A stretch of DNA of 64,000 nt from an uncultured Atopobiaceae bacterium (GTDB lineage Bacteria > Actinomycetota > Coriobacteriia > Coriobacteriales > Atopobiaceae): contig CANQFP010000002.1 in NCBI GenBank assembly GCA_947599965.1, forward strand, positions 3,958 through 67,957, written 5' to 3'. The notes under the pieces are model-generated. The model saw only the letters and a program-made list of their open reading frames with translations. It was not told the DNA's origin and did no database searches. The position numbers were made by a program, and so were the translations under genes. Shown here piece by piece: positions 18,661 through 27,988 of this stretch (its first letter is position 1; the number at the start of each line of letters is the position of its first letter).

Positions 18661-21331
18661 GGCCGTCCTCCTCGTCCGTCTCGTCGTCTTCTCCCTCGGC
18701 CGGCTCATCGCCCGCGCTCTTTGGCGCGATGACGGGGAGCACGCTCGTGGACTCGGCGCTCGAGCCATCGTCAGCCGTGCTCGCCCCGTCGGTGGCGACG
18801 CTTCGGCGCACCTCGTCGGGATCCATCTCCGAGAGTGCGAGCTGGCTCTCGAGGTTGTGCTCCATGAACTCCACGACGATGAGGTAGACGGCCACGGCGA
18901 CGATGCCGAGCACCATGAGCGTGAGCAGCACGACCTTCGTCTCCGCGTCGGCCGAGGCGGCGAAGGCGAGCGCGAGCGCGGAGAGGGGCAGGGCACAGAT
19001 GGCGATCCAGCCGATCTTCAGGAGCAGCGGGTAGGTGCGGTGGAACTGCTCCACGCGCGCCTCGATCCACATGCGATAGCCCTTGACGTCGAGGAGCGCG
19101 CGCAGGACGTGGCGAATGCGGAAGTGCTGCATCTGGGCGCCGGGATCCTCGGCGATGAGCAGATCGGTCTCGGAGAGCTCCTCGTCGAAGAGTGCGTTCA
19201 GGTTGAAGGCGTAGCGCCCGGCTACGAGGCCGATGAGGAGCGCGATGACGACGAACGGCACCATCGCCAAGAGGCACATCCAGTAGCGATCCCCGTAGAA
19301 GCCGCCGATGGCCTCGCGCATGGCCTCGATGCTGTAGGTGAAGGGCAGAAACGGATGGATGGCCTGGAAGAAGGGCGGCATCATCTGCACGGGGAACTCG
19401 CCCGAGGAGCTCGGGATCTGCACGATGATGAGGATGACGCCGATGGCACGTCCGAGATGGCGCATCGTGAAGACGAGCGCGTAGAGGATGTTCACGTCCA
19501 CGAACACCGTCACGAGCCCCGCGAAGACGTAGGCTGCGGGGTGGAGGCACTGGATGCCGATCACGAGGTCGCCCATGCAGACGATGAAGCCCTGGAGCAG
19601 GCCGAGGATCATGAAGAGGAACCAGCGCGCGAGGTAGGCCTGGGTGGTGTTGAGGGGTTCGAGATCTTGGATGGCCTCCCGGTCCACGCCGACCTTGAGC
19701 ACGGTCGTGAGCACGAACCCCGAGACCCAGAGCGCGAGGTTCGTGTAGAAGGGCGCGACGGAGCTCCCGTAGTTCTTCACCGGATATTCCGTGACGGTCT
19801 TGATCTTCACCGGAGCGCCGAGGAAGGAGCCCACCTCCTCCGGGTTGAGGCCGAGGTAGGTGGCGAGTTCCTCCATGGAGGAGGACGTGGCGAGTGCTCC
19901 GAGATCGGCCGAGGCGTTCGCGAGCACGTCTTCGATGGCGGCGAGGGAGGAGTCCGTGGCGGAGGCCGCCGTCTGGGCCTGGGCGAGGGTGGAGTCCAAA
20001 AGCCCGAGCGTGGAGACGGTGTCTCGCAGGATGGGCTCCAAGGAGAGCACCGCGCCGTGGAGGGTGCCGAGGGCGTCCGCGAAGGCGTCGAGGCTCTTCG
20101 TGAGGGCGGGAAGGGTCTCGTCCTGGAGGGTGGCGGCGTCGGCGTCGAGCTCGCTCGCGGCCGTCTCGGCGGCGCGATCCACCGTGTTCGCAGCGCTCTC
20201 CAGCTCCTCCACCACGCCCGTGAGCGCCGAATCGAGGTTCTCGAGGGCGCTCACGGTCTGGCCGAGCTCGGCGTTCTCGGCCTCGAGGTCGGAGATCACC
20301 GATTCAAGCTCGGGGTGGTTCGCGAGGAGGCCCGAGAGCGTCTCGAGGATCTGCTCGTTTTGGCTCACGAGACGCCGAGCTCCCGCCAGGGCGGCGCTCG
20401 CCGCGCCCTCGGCCTTGGTGATGGCCGCCTCGGCCTTGGCGGCGGCTCCCTCGGCGGCCGATGCGGCTTGCCCGAGGTCGAGGCCCACCTGCGAGAGGGC
20501 GCCGGTGAGCTGCGTGCCGTAGGTGCCGATGGCATCGCGGAGGGCCTCGAGGTCGCCCTTGGCGGCTTCCACGTCGCCTGCCAGATCGGGCACCTCGGCG
20601 AGGAGGTCGTCGAAGGCGGTGCTCGCGGTTTCCACCTGGCCTTCGGCCGAGCTGAAACCGTCTAAGAGGTCGGCGAGCGTCCGCCGCGTGGAGGAGATCA
20701 CGCTTCGAGCTTGGGAAACGCCCTGCGTGAGCGAGCCCTCGGCGCGCACCGTGCCCTGCTCCACCTCGCCGCCCGTCTTCTGGGCGAGCTTCATCACGGT
20801 CTGGCTCACGACCGTCACGAACTCCTGGTTGATCTCGTCCTCGATGACGGTGGCGCCCTCGTCGGTGAACTCCGGGGCGGTGTCGCTCACCTTCTCGTTC
20901 ACGTAGTAGTCGAGCCGGGGTTTGGTGAAGGTGCCGGTGAGTACGCTCAGGAAGTCCTCGCTGAAGTCCTCGGGCACGACGAAGGCCGCGTAGCACTCGC
21001 CGGATTCGACGAGTCGCATCGCCTCGGTCTCGTCGGTGAACTGCCAGTCGAAGGACGGGGTCTTCTTGAGCTCGTCCACGAGCATGTCGCCCACGTCGAT
21101 CGTGCCCACGAGCTCGTTTTCCGCGCCCTTGTCCTCGTTGGCCACGGCGACCTTGAGCCCGCCGGTGTTTCCGTAGGGGTCCCAGTTGGCGATGATCGTC
21201 GTCCAGGCGTAGAGCGAGGGCATGAGGCAGCAGCCGAGGACGACGATGAGGGCGATGGGGTTGGTGACGAGACGCCGGACGTCTCGACGAAACACCTTCC
21301 ACGCAACGTGGATGTCCTCCCCCAACCTCAT
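18653..21331 (-). CDS. YhgE/Pip domain-containing membrane protein (larger paralog)
   Basis: It has the same architecture (ANWDPYGNTGGLKVAVANEDKG, a coiled-coil middle region and C-terminal TM bundle). It also has extra C-terminal TM helices and an acidic tail. Its stop overlaps the downstream start by 8 nt (ATGCGTAA). Confidence 0.85.
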   Translation of the reverse strand: MRLGEDIHVAWKVFRRDVRRLVTNPIALIVVLGCCLMPSLYAWTTIIANWDPYGNTGGLKVAVANEDKGAENELVGTIDVGDMLVDELKKTPSFDWQFTDETEAMRLVESGECYAAFVVPEDFSEDFLSVLTGTFTKPRLDYYVNEKVSDTAPEFTDEGATVIEDEINQEFVTVVSQTVMKLAQKTGGEVEQGTVRAEGSLTQGVSQARSVISSTRRTLADLLDGFSSAEGQVETASTAFDDLLAEVPDLAGDVEAAKGDLEALRDAIGTYGTQLTGALSQVGLDLGQAASAAEGAAAKAEAAITKAEGAASAALAGARRLVSQNEQILETLSGLLANHPELESVISDLEAENAELGQTVSALENLDSALTGVVEELESAANTVDRAAETAASELDADAATLQDETLPALTKSLDAFADALGTLHGAVLSLEPILRDTVSTLGLLDSTLAQAQTAASATDSSLAAIEDVLANASADLGALATSSSMEELATYLGLNPEEVGSFLGAPVKIKTVTEYPVKNYGSSVAPFYTNLALWVSGFVLTTVLKVGVDREAIQDLEPLNTTQAYLARWFLFMILGLLQGFIVCMGDLVIGIQCLHPAAYVFAGLVTVFVDVNILYALVFTMRHLGRAIGVILIIVQIPSSSGEFPVQMMPPFFQAIHPFLPFTYSIEAMREAIGGFYGDRYWMCLLAMVPFVVIALLIGLVAGRYAFNLNALFDEELSETDLLIAEDPGAQMQHFRIRHVLRALLDVKGYRMWIEARVEQFHRTYPLLLKIGWIAICALPLSALALAFAASADAETKVVLLTLMVLGIVAVAVYLIVVEFMEHNLESQLALSEMDPDEVRRSVATDGASTADDGSSAESTSVLPVIAPKSAGDEPAEGEDDETDEEDGHA

Positions 21332-21415
21332 GGGCCCGAGTGTAGTACGGAGAATCTAAACGGGCAGCTAGGAGCCGCTATCGTGGGAGGCGGGGAGGTA
21401 TGAGCGGCAAAGAGG

Positions 21416-21441
21416 GGAGGGCCCGCGAAAGCGAGCCCTCC
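21416..21441 (-). terminator. Hairpin downstream of the tautomerase gene
   Basis: The hairpin is GGAGGGCCCGC-GAAA-GCGAGCCCTCC. On the minus strand it is followed by CCTCTTTGCC. A second hairpin, AGGCGCC-GATG-GGCGCCT, lies at 21455-21472. Confidence 0.4.
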
Positions 21442-21587
21442 GAAACGTCGTGCCAGGCGCCGATGGGCGCCTTTCGGGTTACTCCTCGGAGAGGTCCACG
21501 ACCTCAGCCTCGGCGGCAGGCGGAACCGCCAACGTCGACGTCTCAACCGAGCAGCTTACATGCCTTGGCGTAGCGCCCGCGCGCGGC

Positions 21588-21929
21588 CTAGAAGTTCGAG
21601 CCGTTCCAGCCCCAGTCGGGCGTGGGGAAGTAGGAGACGTAGATGCGGTCGGGCGATACGCCGAACTCGCTCGAGAGGAGTGCCGTGATGCGCTTCGTCA
21701 TCTCGTTCGTGCCGTCTGCGGAGAGGGTCCCGTAGGCCTTCACCTCCACGTAGCACACGCCGGCGTCGCTGCTGCGGAAGTGCAGGTGCGCGTTGCCCTC
21801 GAAGCCGCACATGACCCACGCCTCGCCCTTGCCGAGGCAGTCCCGCGCGATGGCGCAGAGCTCGGAGGAGAGGCGATCCTCGGCCGTGGCCGGCAGTTCC
21901 TGGGAGGTCTTGACGTCGATGAAGGGCAT
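21588..21929 (-). CDS. MIF / tautomerase-superfamily protein
   Basis: The N-terminus is MPFIDVKT, giving catalytic Pro-1 after Met removal. The size is 113 aa, and the C-terminus is IYVSYFP...WGWNGSNF as in MIF/D-dopachrome tautomerase-like proteins. Confidence 0.75.
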   Translation of the reverse strand: MPFIDVKTSQELPATAEDRLSSELCAIARDCLGKGEAWVMCGFEGNAHLHFRSSDAGVCYVEVKAYGTLSADGTNEMTKRITALLSSEFGVSPDRIYVSYFPTPDWGWNGSNF

Positions 21930-22361
21930 GGGAACTCCTTAGAGTCGGAGGGGATCGAAAGCGCTCGGGCGAGCGCTCGCGCCAATTCTAGGTCCGAGCC
22001 CTCCGCGGGCCCGCTACGCTGCGGCGATCGGTCGATGTGGCCGCGAGGTGAGCGAGATGTGGGGGATTGGTGGGGAGGCGTCGCCGTGAATAGCGCGCGC
22101 CCGATCGTGGAACAAGGGTGGTAAAGGTCGCGAGACGACACCAGGCACCCGCAGTTCAGCGGTTTTCTCGGAGACCTCTCGAGAGGTTTCCAAACCTTGC
22201 CTACGACGTCGTCTGCGACCTTTCCGATTCGCGGATGGTGCGAGCCCCGCGGCGGCCGAGGTTGCAATCCGAAGATCCGAATAGATAGGACTAATTCGAA
22301 CAGTTACTTTCAAGAATCCATAGAAATACGGGATAGATCAGTAGCACACAGTTTCTCCATA

Positions 22362-22390
22362 TTGAATAAGTCCTATCGAGGGTATAGAGT
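22362..22390 (+). promoter_or_regulatory. Sigma-70-like promoter for the orphan small gene
   Basis: TTGAAT (22362-22367), a 17-nt spacer and TAGAGT (22385-22390) lie inside an AT-rich island. The -35 element overlaps the right arm of a 13-bp inverted repeat. Confidence 0.4.
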
Positions 22391-22468
22391 CTCCGACCGA
22401 GGAACGCACACCATGCAACCGAAACGAAAGACACCCACGCGTTCCGAGACGAAAGAAAGGAGACCGAC

Positions 22469-22792
22469 ATGGACACCAAGAAGAACCTCGAGTCCGCGAC
22501 TGCGGTTCTCCCCCTGCGCGGTTGGAAGCTCGATTGGCACGGCGAGGACACGCACAACACCACCGACCTCTACCTCGTCGACGGCTCTTGGCAGCCGCTC
22601 GGCTCCGAGGAGCAGGCTCGCACGTTCGTGCTTCCCGGCGGCTTCGGCGCTCGTCTGAACGGTCTCGGCTCCAAGGCCGTGACCGATGGCTTCGGGCGCG
22701 ATGCGCTGCTCACGAGCGAACTCGTGCGCGGTGAGCTCACCCCGGTCGTCATCGATTCCGACGGACGGCGCTACGAGCTCCTCGCCGCGTAA
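22469..22792 (+). CDS. Hypothetical small protein (107 aa)
   Basis: It has a strong RBS (AAAGAAAGGAGA) 6 nt before the ATG and a canonical terminator downstream. The amino-acid composition is ordinary. I recognise no family. Confidence 0.6.
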   Translation: MDTKKNLESATAVLPLRGWKLDWHGEDTHNTTDLYLVDGSWQPLGSEEQARTFVLPGGFGARLNGLGSKAVTDGFGRDALLTSELVRGELTPVVIDSDGRRYELLAA

Positions 22793-22834
22793 GGCGCGCC
22801 CAGGCTGCCCGAGCAGCCTCCTCAGCCCTCTCCG

Positions 22835-22863
22835 GGGACCCGCTTCGGCGGGTCCCTTTTTTG
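22835..22863 (+). terminator. Canonical rho-independent terminator
   Basis: The hairpin GGGACCCGC-TTCG-GCGGGTCCC is followed by TTTTTT. Confidence 0.85.
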
Positions 22864-22898
22864 TTGCCGATGGCGGGGGTGGGCGATGGAACAGGCGT

Positions 22899-24218
22899 TC
22901 AGGCGCGTTCGATCTTCGAAGGCGCCCACACCTTGCGGCCGATGAGGAGCGCGAGGGCGGTGATGGCGCTTGCCGCGATGGTGAAGGCGAGCGCGATGGC
23001 GGGGATCATGGCCTTGGAGATCGCGTCGATGATGACGCCGCCGAAGAAGGCCGAGCCCGCCTTGCCGATGTCGGCGAAGAAGAAGAGCTCGCCGTTCACG
23101 GCGCCCCAATGCTCCCGCGGCGTCTTCTTGGCCATGAGGGCCTTCATGAGCGGCGAGGTGGTGCCCACGGTGAAGCCGTAGCCGATGGCGGCGATGATGA
23201 GCGTGGGGAGGTTCGGCGCGAGGGCGAAGATCACGAATCCCACGATCTCCACCGATTGCAGCGGCAGGAGCAACCACGTGCTGTCGCTGTCGAAGAGCCT
23301 GCCGCCGAGGAGCCGGCAGGCGAGCGTCGTCGCGCCCACGGCCACGAAGAACGCGGCGCCCACGTCGATGCCGGCGTACTTCGCGAAGATGAGGATGAAG
23401 GTGACGCAGAAGCCCTTGGGCAGGCGTCGCGCGAGCGAGATGATCATGAACGGCGCGGCCTCGGGCATGAGGAAGGGCGCGATGAAGCGCTCGAAGGCGC
23501 TTTGGCGTGGCGCGCTCGCGCCCGATGCGGCCCGCGCGGTGTTCTCGCTCCGGCCCGCGCCGAGGGCCCGCTCGCCCTCGGTCGCCCGCTTGCGCTGCTC
23601 GCGCCGGAGCCAGAGGATCGCGCCCACGGCCGCAACCATGAGAAGCGCGTAGAACACGTAGAACGCCCGGTAGCCGATGCCGTCGATGAGCCCCGTGGAG
23701 ATGAGCGCGCCGAACATCGTGCCGAGCGAGGTGCCCGCGCCCTTGATGCCGAGGCGCTTTCCCATGGTCTTCTTCGGCGAGGAGCCGATGACGGCCACGG
23801 TCATCACGTTCGTCGCCACGGCGAAGGCGCCGCCCTGGAGCACGCGCGAGGCCATGGAGACGGCGAAGGTGTCCCAGATCGCGGGCAGCGCGACGCCGAT
23901 GAACATGATCCCGAGGCTCACCAGGAGCACCTGGTAGTGCGGGAAGAGGTCGGTGAGCTGGCCGCCGATGAGGCGCATGACCATGCTCGAGAGCGTGAAG
24001 ACGGCGACGAACGTGCCGCCTATGGCGGCCGAGGCGCCGACGGTGTCGTAGTAGTAGGGGATGCCCGAGTTCAGGCCCTGCATGTAGAGGTTCGTGAAGA
24101 ACGTGACGAGCACGAGCACCGCGAGGGTGACCGTGGCAGCGCTGAACCGATGCGCCGATCCGCGCGCCGGCGCGGAGCCTGCGCCGGGGTTCCCCATCTG
24201 CGTCGTCTTCTCTCCCAT
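22899..24218 (-). CDS. MFS transporter
   Basis: The 439-aa protein has roughly 12 TM segments. ATG 24218 follows GGGGGAGG. It starts 22 nt downstream of the aldehyde dehydrogenase stop, so the two are probably in one operon. Confidence 0.8.
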   Translation of the reverse strand: MGEKTTQMGNPGAGSAPARGSAHRFSAATVTLAVLVLVTFFTNLYMQGLNSGIPYYYDTVGASAAIGGTFVAVFTLSSMVMRLIGGQLTDLFPHYQVLLVSLGIMFIGVALPAIWDTFAVSMASRVLQGGAFAVATNVMTVAVIGSSPKKTMGKRLGIKGAGTSLGTMFGALISTGLIDGIGYRAFYVFYALLMVAAVGAILWLRREQRKRATEGERALGAGRSENTARAASGASAPRQSAFERFIAPFLMPEAAPFMIISLARRLPKGFCVTFILIFAKYAGIDVGAAFFVAVGATTLACRLLGGRLFDSDSTWLLLPLQSVEIVGFVIFALAPNLPTLIIAAIGYGFTVGTTSPLMKALMAKKTPREHWGAVNGELFFFADIGKAGSAFFGGVIIDAISKAMIPAIALAFTIAASAITALALLIGRKVWAPSKIERA

Positions 24219-24240
24219 GAGCCTCCCCCGGCTGTCGTAT

Positions 24241-25698
24241 CTAGTGCGGCATGAGGGCCTTCAGCAGGCCGAACTTGCCCTCGAAGGGCGGATTTCTGAT
24301 CGGCACCTCGAGCCACGTCCCCTTGGTGAGCACGCTCTTGTAGTGCGTGAAGGTGTCGAAGCCGTGCTTGCCGTGGTATTCGCCGAGGCCGGAGTTGCCG
24401 AGCCCGCCGAAGCCGAGGGCGTTGTTGGCGATGTGCGTCACGCAGTCGTTCACGCAGCCGCCGCCGTAGGGCAGCTCGCGGATGATGCGATCGGAGACCG
24501 AGCGATCCTCGGCGAAGACGTAGCAGGCGAGCGGATGCGGCAGGGACTGCTGCCGCTCGAGGATCTCGGAGAGGCTCGTCCAGGTGATCACCGGGAGCAC
24601 GGGGCCGAAGATCTCCTGGCCCATGAGCGGGTCGTCGTAGGAGACGCCGGTCACGCAGGTGGGCTCGATCTTCAAGCTCGCCTCGTCGCCGTGGCCGCCG
24701 AACGTCACGGCTGAGCCCGCCGGTCGCTCGGTGATGAGATCCATCACGCGATGCCAGTGGTGGTCGGAGATCATGTGCGGCCACCAAGGGCAGGTGAGCG
24801 CGTCGCCGTAGTAGCGCTTGAACGTCTCCTCCAAAAGATGGACGAGCTCATCGGCCACGTCGCTGTGGACGAGCAGGTGGTCGGGCGCCACGCAGGTCTG
24901 CCCGGAGTTCAGGCCCTTGGCCCAGGCGATGCGCTTGGCCGCGACCTTGAGGTTCGCCGAGCGGTCGACGAAGCAGGGGCTCTTGCCGCCGAGCTCGAGC
25001 ACGACGGGCGTGAGGTGCTTCGCCGCGGCGCCCATGATCGTGCGCCCGACGTTGGCGCTGCCGGTGAAGAAGACGAAGTCGAAGTGGGGTTCGAGGAGCC
25101 AGTCGTTCATGTTCGCCGAGCCCGGGAACCCGCACACGAACCCCGGATCGAAGATCTCGCCGAGGAGCTCGCAGAGGAGGGTGCCCGTGGCGGCCGAGGT
25201 GCGCGAGGGCTTGAGCGCCACGCAGTTGCCGGCGGCGATGGCGTCGACGAGCGGCACGAGCGCGAGCTGGAGGGGGTAGTTCCAGGGTGAGAGCACGAGG
25301 GCCACGCCGTAGGGCTGCGGGTAGATCCTCGAGCTCGACGGGAAGTGGTAGAGCGGCGTGGGCACGCGCCTCGGCTTCGACCACGCGGCGAGGTTGGCAA
25401 CGCAGGTGTTGATCTCGTCGTAGACGAGGGCGAGCTCCGATTCGTAGCCCTCGAAGGGCGCCTTGCCGAGATCGGTGTGGAGCGCGTCCAAGACACGCGT
25501 CTCGTTCACCTTGAGTTGGGCCTTGAGGCGCCTCAGCGCCGCGATGCGAAAGGCGGGGTCGAGCGTATCGCCGCGCTCGAACCAGCGACGCATGGCCCGC
25601 GCTTGGTCGATGACGTCCTGGGCGCTTTCGAAGACGGGGAGGGAGCGGCTCGTGGCGTGGGGGGCGCGCTCGGCGAGAACGGGGGCTGCTGCGGTCAT
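24241..25698 (-). CDS. NAD(P)+-dependent aldehyde dehydrogenase (class 3-like)
   Basis: It contains ELGGKSP, the catalytic Cys in GQTCVAPDH, and FTGS near WNYP. ATG 25698 (MTAAAPVLAER...) was chosen. The extension upstream to 25830 is unsupported. Confidence 0.88.
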   Translation of the reverse strand: MTAAAPVLAERAPHATSRSLPVFESAQDVIDQARAMRRWFERGDTLDPAFRIAALRRLKAQLKVNETRVLDALHTDLGKAPFEGYESELALVYDEINTCVANLAAWSKPRRVPTPLYHFPSSSRIYPQPYGVALVLSPWNYPLQLALVPLVDAIAAGNCVALKPSRTSAATGTLLCELLGEIFDPGFVCGFPGSANMNDWLLEPHFDFVFFTGSANVGRTIMGAAAKHLTPVVLELGGKSPCFVDRSANLKVAAKRIAWAKGLNSGQTCVAPDHLLVHSDVADELVHLLEETFKRYYGDALTCPWWPHMISDHHWHRVMDLITERPAGSAVTFGGHGDEASLKIEPTCVTGVSYDDPLMGQEIFGPVLPVITWTSLSEILERQQSLPHPLACYVFAEDRSVSDRIIRELPYGGGCVNDCVTHIANNALGFGGLGNSGLGEYHGKHGFDTFTHYKSVLTKGTWLEVPIRNPPFEGKFGLLKALMPH

Positions 25699-25963
25699 GG
25701 ATCCACCGGCTTTCGACAAACGTGGCGGGTGAGCGGCGTGATTACAATCCCCTTGTACCCCTCGGGGCGCACGGGACGCCATCGCATCGGGGGAGTGTTT
25801 CACGAGGAGAGCGGGGGTGTGAGGGGCCATGGCCTATCGGCGGGGGAGAGGCGCCTCGATCGAGCTTCCGCGCTCGCCTCGGCCATCGCGCCGAAGCCGG
25901 CCGCCGCGCCCCGCGCCCGCTCCCCGCGTCGCGTCGCCCGCGCGCTCGCGGCAGGCATCGCGC

Positions 25964-27832
25964 ATGCCCTACGTGCCCGCCCTGGACGGCCTTCGCGCCT
26001 TCGCGGTCGCGACCGTCGTCCTCTACCACCTGAAGACCGCATGGGCTCCCTGCGGCCTTCTCGGCGTGACGATGTTCTTCGTGCTCTCGGGCTACCTCAT
26101 CACATCGCTCATCGTCGACGAATGGCGTCGCACGCACCACCTCGACCTCAAGCTCTTTTGGATGAAGCGCATCCGGCGCATCATGCCGGCCATCGGCTTC
26201 CTGCTGCTCTGCCTCGTGCCGCTCTGTGCGATCTTCAGCCCCGTGATGCTCACGAAGCTCAGGAACGACTTCCTGCCGAGCCTCTTCTTCTATAACAACT
26301 GGTGGCAGATCTTCTCGAACGTGAGCTACTTCGAGAACGCCGGCTCGCCGAGCCCCGTGACGCACCTCTGGTCGCTCGCCATCGAGGAGCAGTTCTACAT
26401 CGTGCAGCCGCTCGTGCTCATCGTGCTCTTCAAGCTGCGCTCCTCGAAGCGCACGGTGGCGAGCGTCCTCGGCGTCCTCGCCATCGCCTCCGCGCTCGAG
26501 ATGGCCATCCTCTACCAACCCGACGCCGACCCCTCCCGCGTCTACTACGGCACGGACACACGCGCGTTCTCCCTGCTCATCGGCGCGTGGTTCGCCATCA
26601 TGCTGCCGGCGGCGAAGGTCCGCTCCCGCCGCTTCGCGCGCGAGGCCGCCCTCCCGTTCGAGCTCGCGGCCGCGGGCTCGCTCGTCGTCGTGCTCGTGAT
26701 GGTCTTCACGGTGAGCGCCTACGAGCCCTTCCTCTATCGCGGCGGCTTCGTGCTCGTCTCCGTCCTCACGGGCATCGCCATCGTGGGGCTCTGCAACGAG
26801 CGTGGCCTCCTCGCCCGGGCGTTCTCCTGCGCGCCCCTGGTCTGGCTCGGAAAGCGCTCCTATGGCCTCTACCTCTGGCACTATCCGCTGCTTCTGCTCA
26901 TGAACCCGCCGACGAGCTTCGAGGAGCCGTCGCTCGTCTCGATCATCGCGCAGGTGGTCGTGATCCTCGCCGTGACCGAGTTCTCCTACCGCTTCATCGA
27001 GACGCCCATCCGCCATGGTGCGATCGGGCGCGCCTGGCACGAGCTCCGCGACAGGCGCACGACGCCGGCGCTCCTCGCCGCCACGCACCCGGGCTACGCG
27101 GGTGCGGGCGCCGTACTTCTCGTGTCGGCCGTCATCTGCTGGGTGGTGGTGCCGCCGACCGTCGCCGTCTCCCAGGAGGGCTCCGAGGCCGGCGTGGTGG
27201 ATCCCGCGGCCGCGCTCGCCGACGGTGGCGGACAGGGCTCGGGTTCCGCCGAGACCTACGACTCCGCCGAGGAGCGCCTCGCCGACCTTCCGGAGAACCC
27301 GTGGACGTGGAACGTGCTCCTCGTGGGCGATTCGGTGGCCGAGACGGCGAGGTCGGAGTTCGAGGCCTATTTCATCCACGGCAACATCGACTCCGCCGTG
27401 GGGCGCTCGGTGAGCGAGGGCGAGGAGGTGCTCAGGAGCTGGATCGACAACGGGTGGAACGGCGATTGCGTGGTCCTCGTCCTCGGCACGAACACGCTCG
27501 TCTCATCGGACGAGTTCAGGCGCGAATACGAGGCGGTGCTCGACCTCGTGCCCGAGGACGTGCCGATCTTCGTGCTCACGAACCGCGATGCGGCGCTCGA
27601 GGGCGCTCCGAACAACGAGATCATCACGCAGCTCTCCGAGGAGCGGCCCAACGTCTACCTCATCGATTGGTACGGCATCACCGCCGATCACAGCGACTGG
27701 TTCGAGGCCGACGGCACGCACGTGACCGTGGACTACGGTGCCAAGCAGTTCATGAACGTCATCGTCGACGCCATCAGCGCCGCGCGTGAGAGTGCGATCG
27801 CGAACACGAGCGCCTCCGAGGCCGAGAACTGA
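25964..27832 (+). CDS. Acyltransferase-3 (OafA/OatA-like) membrane protein fused to an SGNH/GDSL domain
   Basis: PALDGLRAFAVATVVLYHL is the AT3 signature. About 10-11 TM segments follow. The C-terminal SGNH domain has LLVGDSVAE (GDS) and ADGTHV (DxxH). Confidence 0.88.
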   Translation: MPYVPALDGLRAFAVATVVLYHLKTAWAPCGLLGVTMFFVLSGYLITSLIVDEWRRTHHLDLKLFWMKRIRRIMPAIGFLLLCLVPLCAIFSPVMLTKLRNDFLPSLFFYNNWWQIFSNVSYFENAGSPSPVTHLWSLAIEEQFYIVQPLVLIVLFKLRSSKRTVASVLGVLAIASALEMAILYQPDADPSRVYYGTDTRAFSLLIGAWFAIMLPAAKVRSRRFAREAALPFELAAAGSLVVVLVMVFTVSAYEPFLYRGGFVLVSVLTGIAIVGLCNERGLLARAFSCAPLVWLGKRSYGLYLWHYPLLLLMNPPTSFEEPSLVSIIAQVVVILAVTEFSYRFIETPIRHGAIGRAWHELRDRRTTPALLAATHPGYAGAGAVLLVSAVICWVVVPPTVAVSQEGSEAGVVDPAAALADGGGQGSGSAETYDSAEERLADLPENPWTWNVLLVGDSVAETARSEFEAYFIHGNIDSAVGRSVSEGEEVLRSWIDNGWNGDCVVLVLGTNTLVSSDEFRREYEAVLDLVPEDVPIFVLTNRDAALEGAPNNEIITQLSEERPNVYLIDWYGITADHSDWFEADGTHVTVDYGAKQFMNVIVDAISAARESAIANTSASEAEN

Positions 27833-27988
27833 GGATCAAGCGCCGCGGGTCCCAGCGCCCGAGCCCGGGATTCGACTCGTTCGCTTCACATCCTCGAAGC
27901 CGTGGATAAAGCCGGCGCGGCGGGGTACTCACTCGTTGAGGAGATCAACCACCGGGCATTCCACCCACGTTCTTCCAAGGAGGGGCTT

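Noticed and set aside
22236-22280. tRNA 3'-end-like fragment (GAGGTTGCAATCCGAAG resembles a T-arm GGTTCGAATCC), considered as a possible integration-site remnant beside the AT-rich island.
   Set aside because: The flanking bases cannot form a T-stem or an acceptor stem, and the loop has an extra base. The similarity is too weak to call without a search.
21450-22313. ORFs 21450..22124(+), 21740..22267(-) and 22014..22313(-) in the long spacer.
   Set aside because: They have no RBS, their composition is Arg/Pro/Gly-rich, they overlap the well-supported tautomerase gene on the opposite strand, and they match no family.
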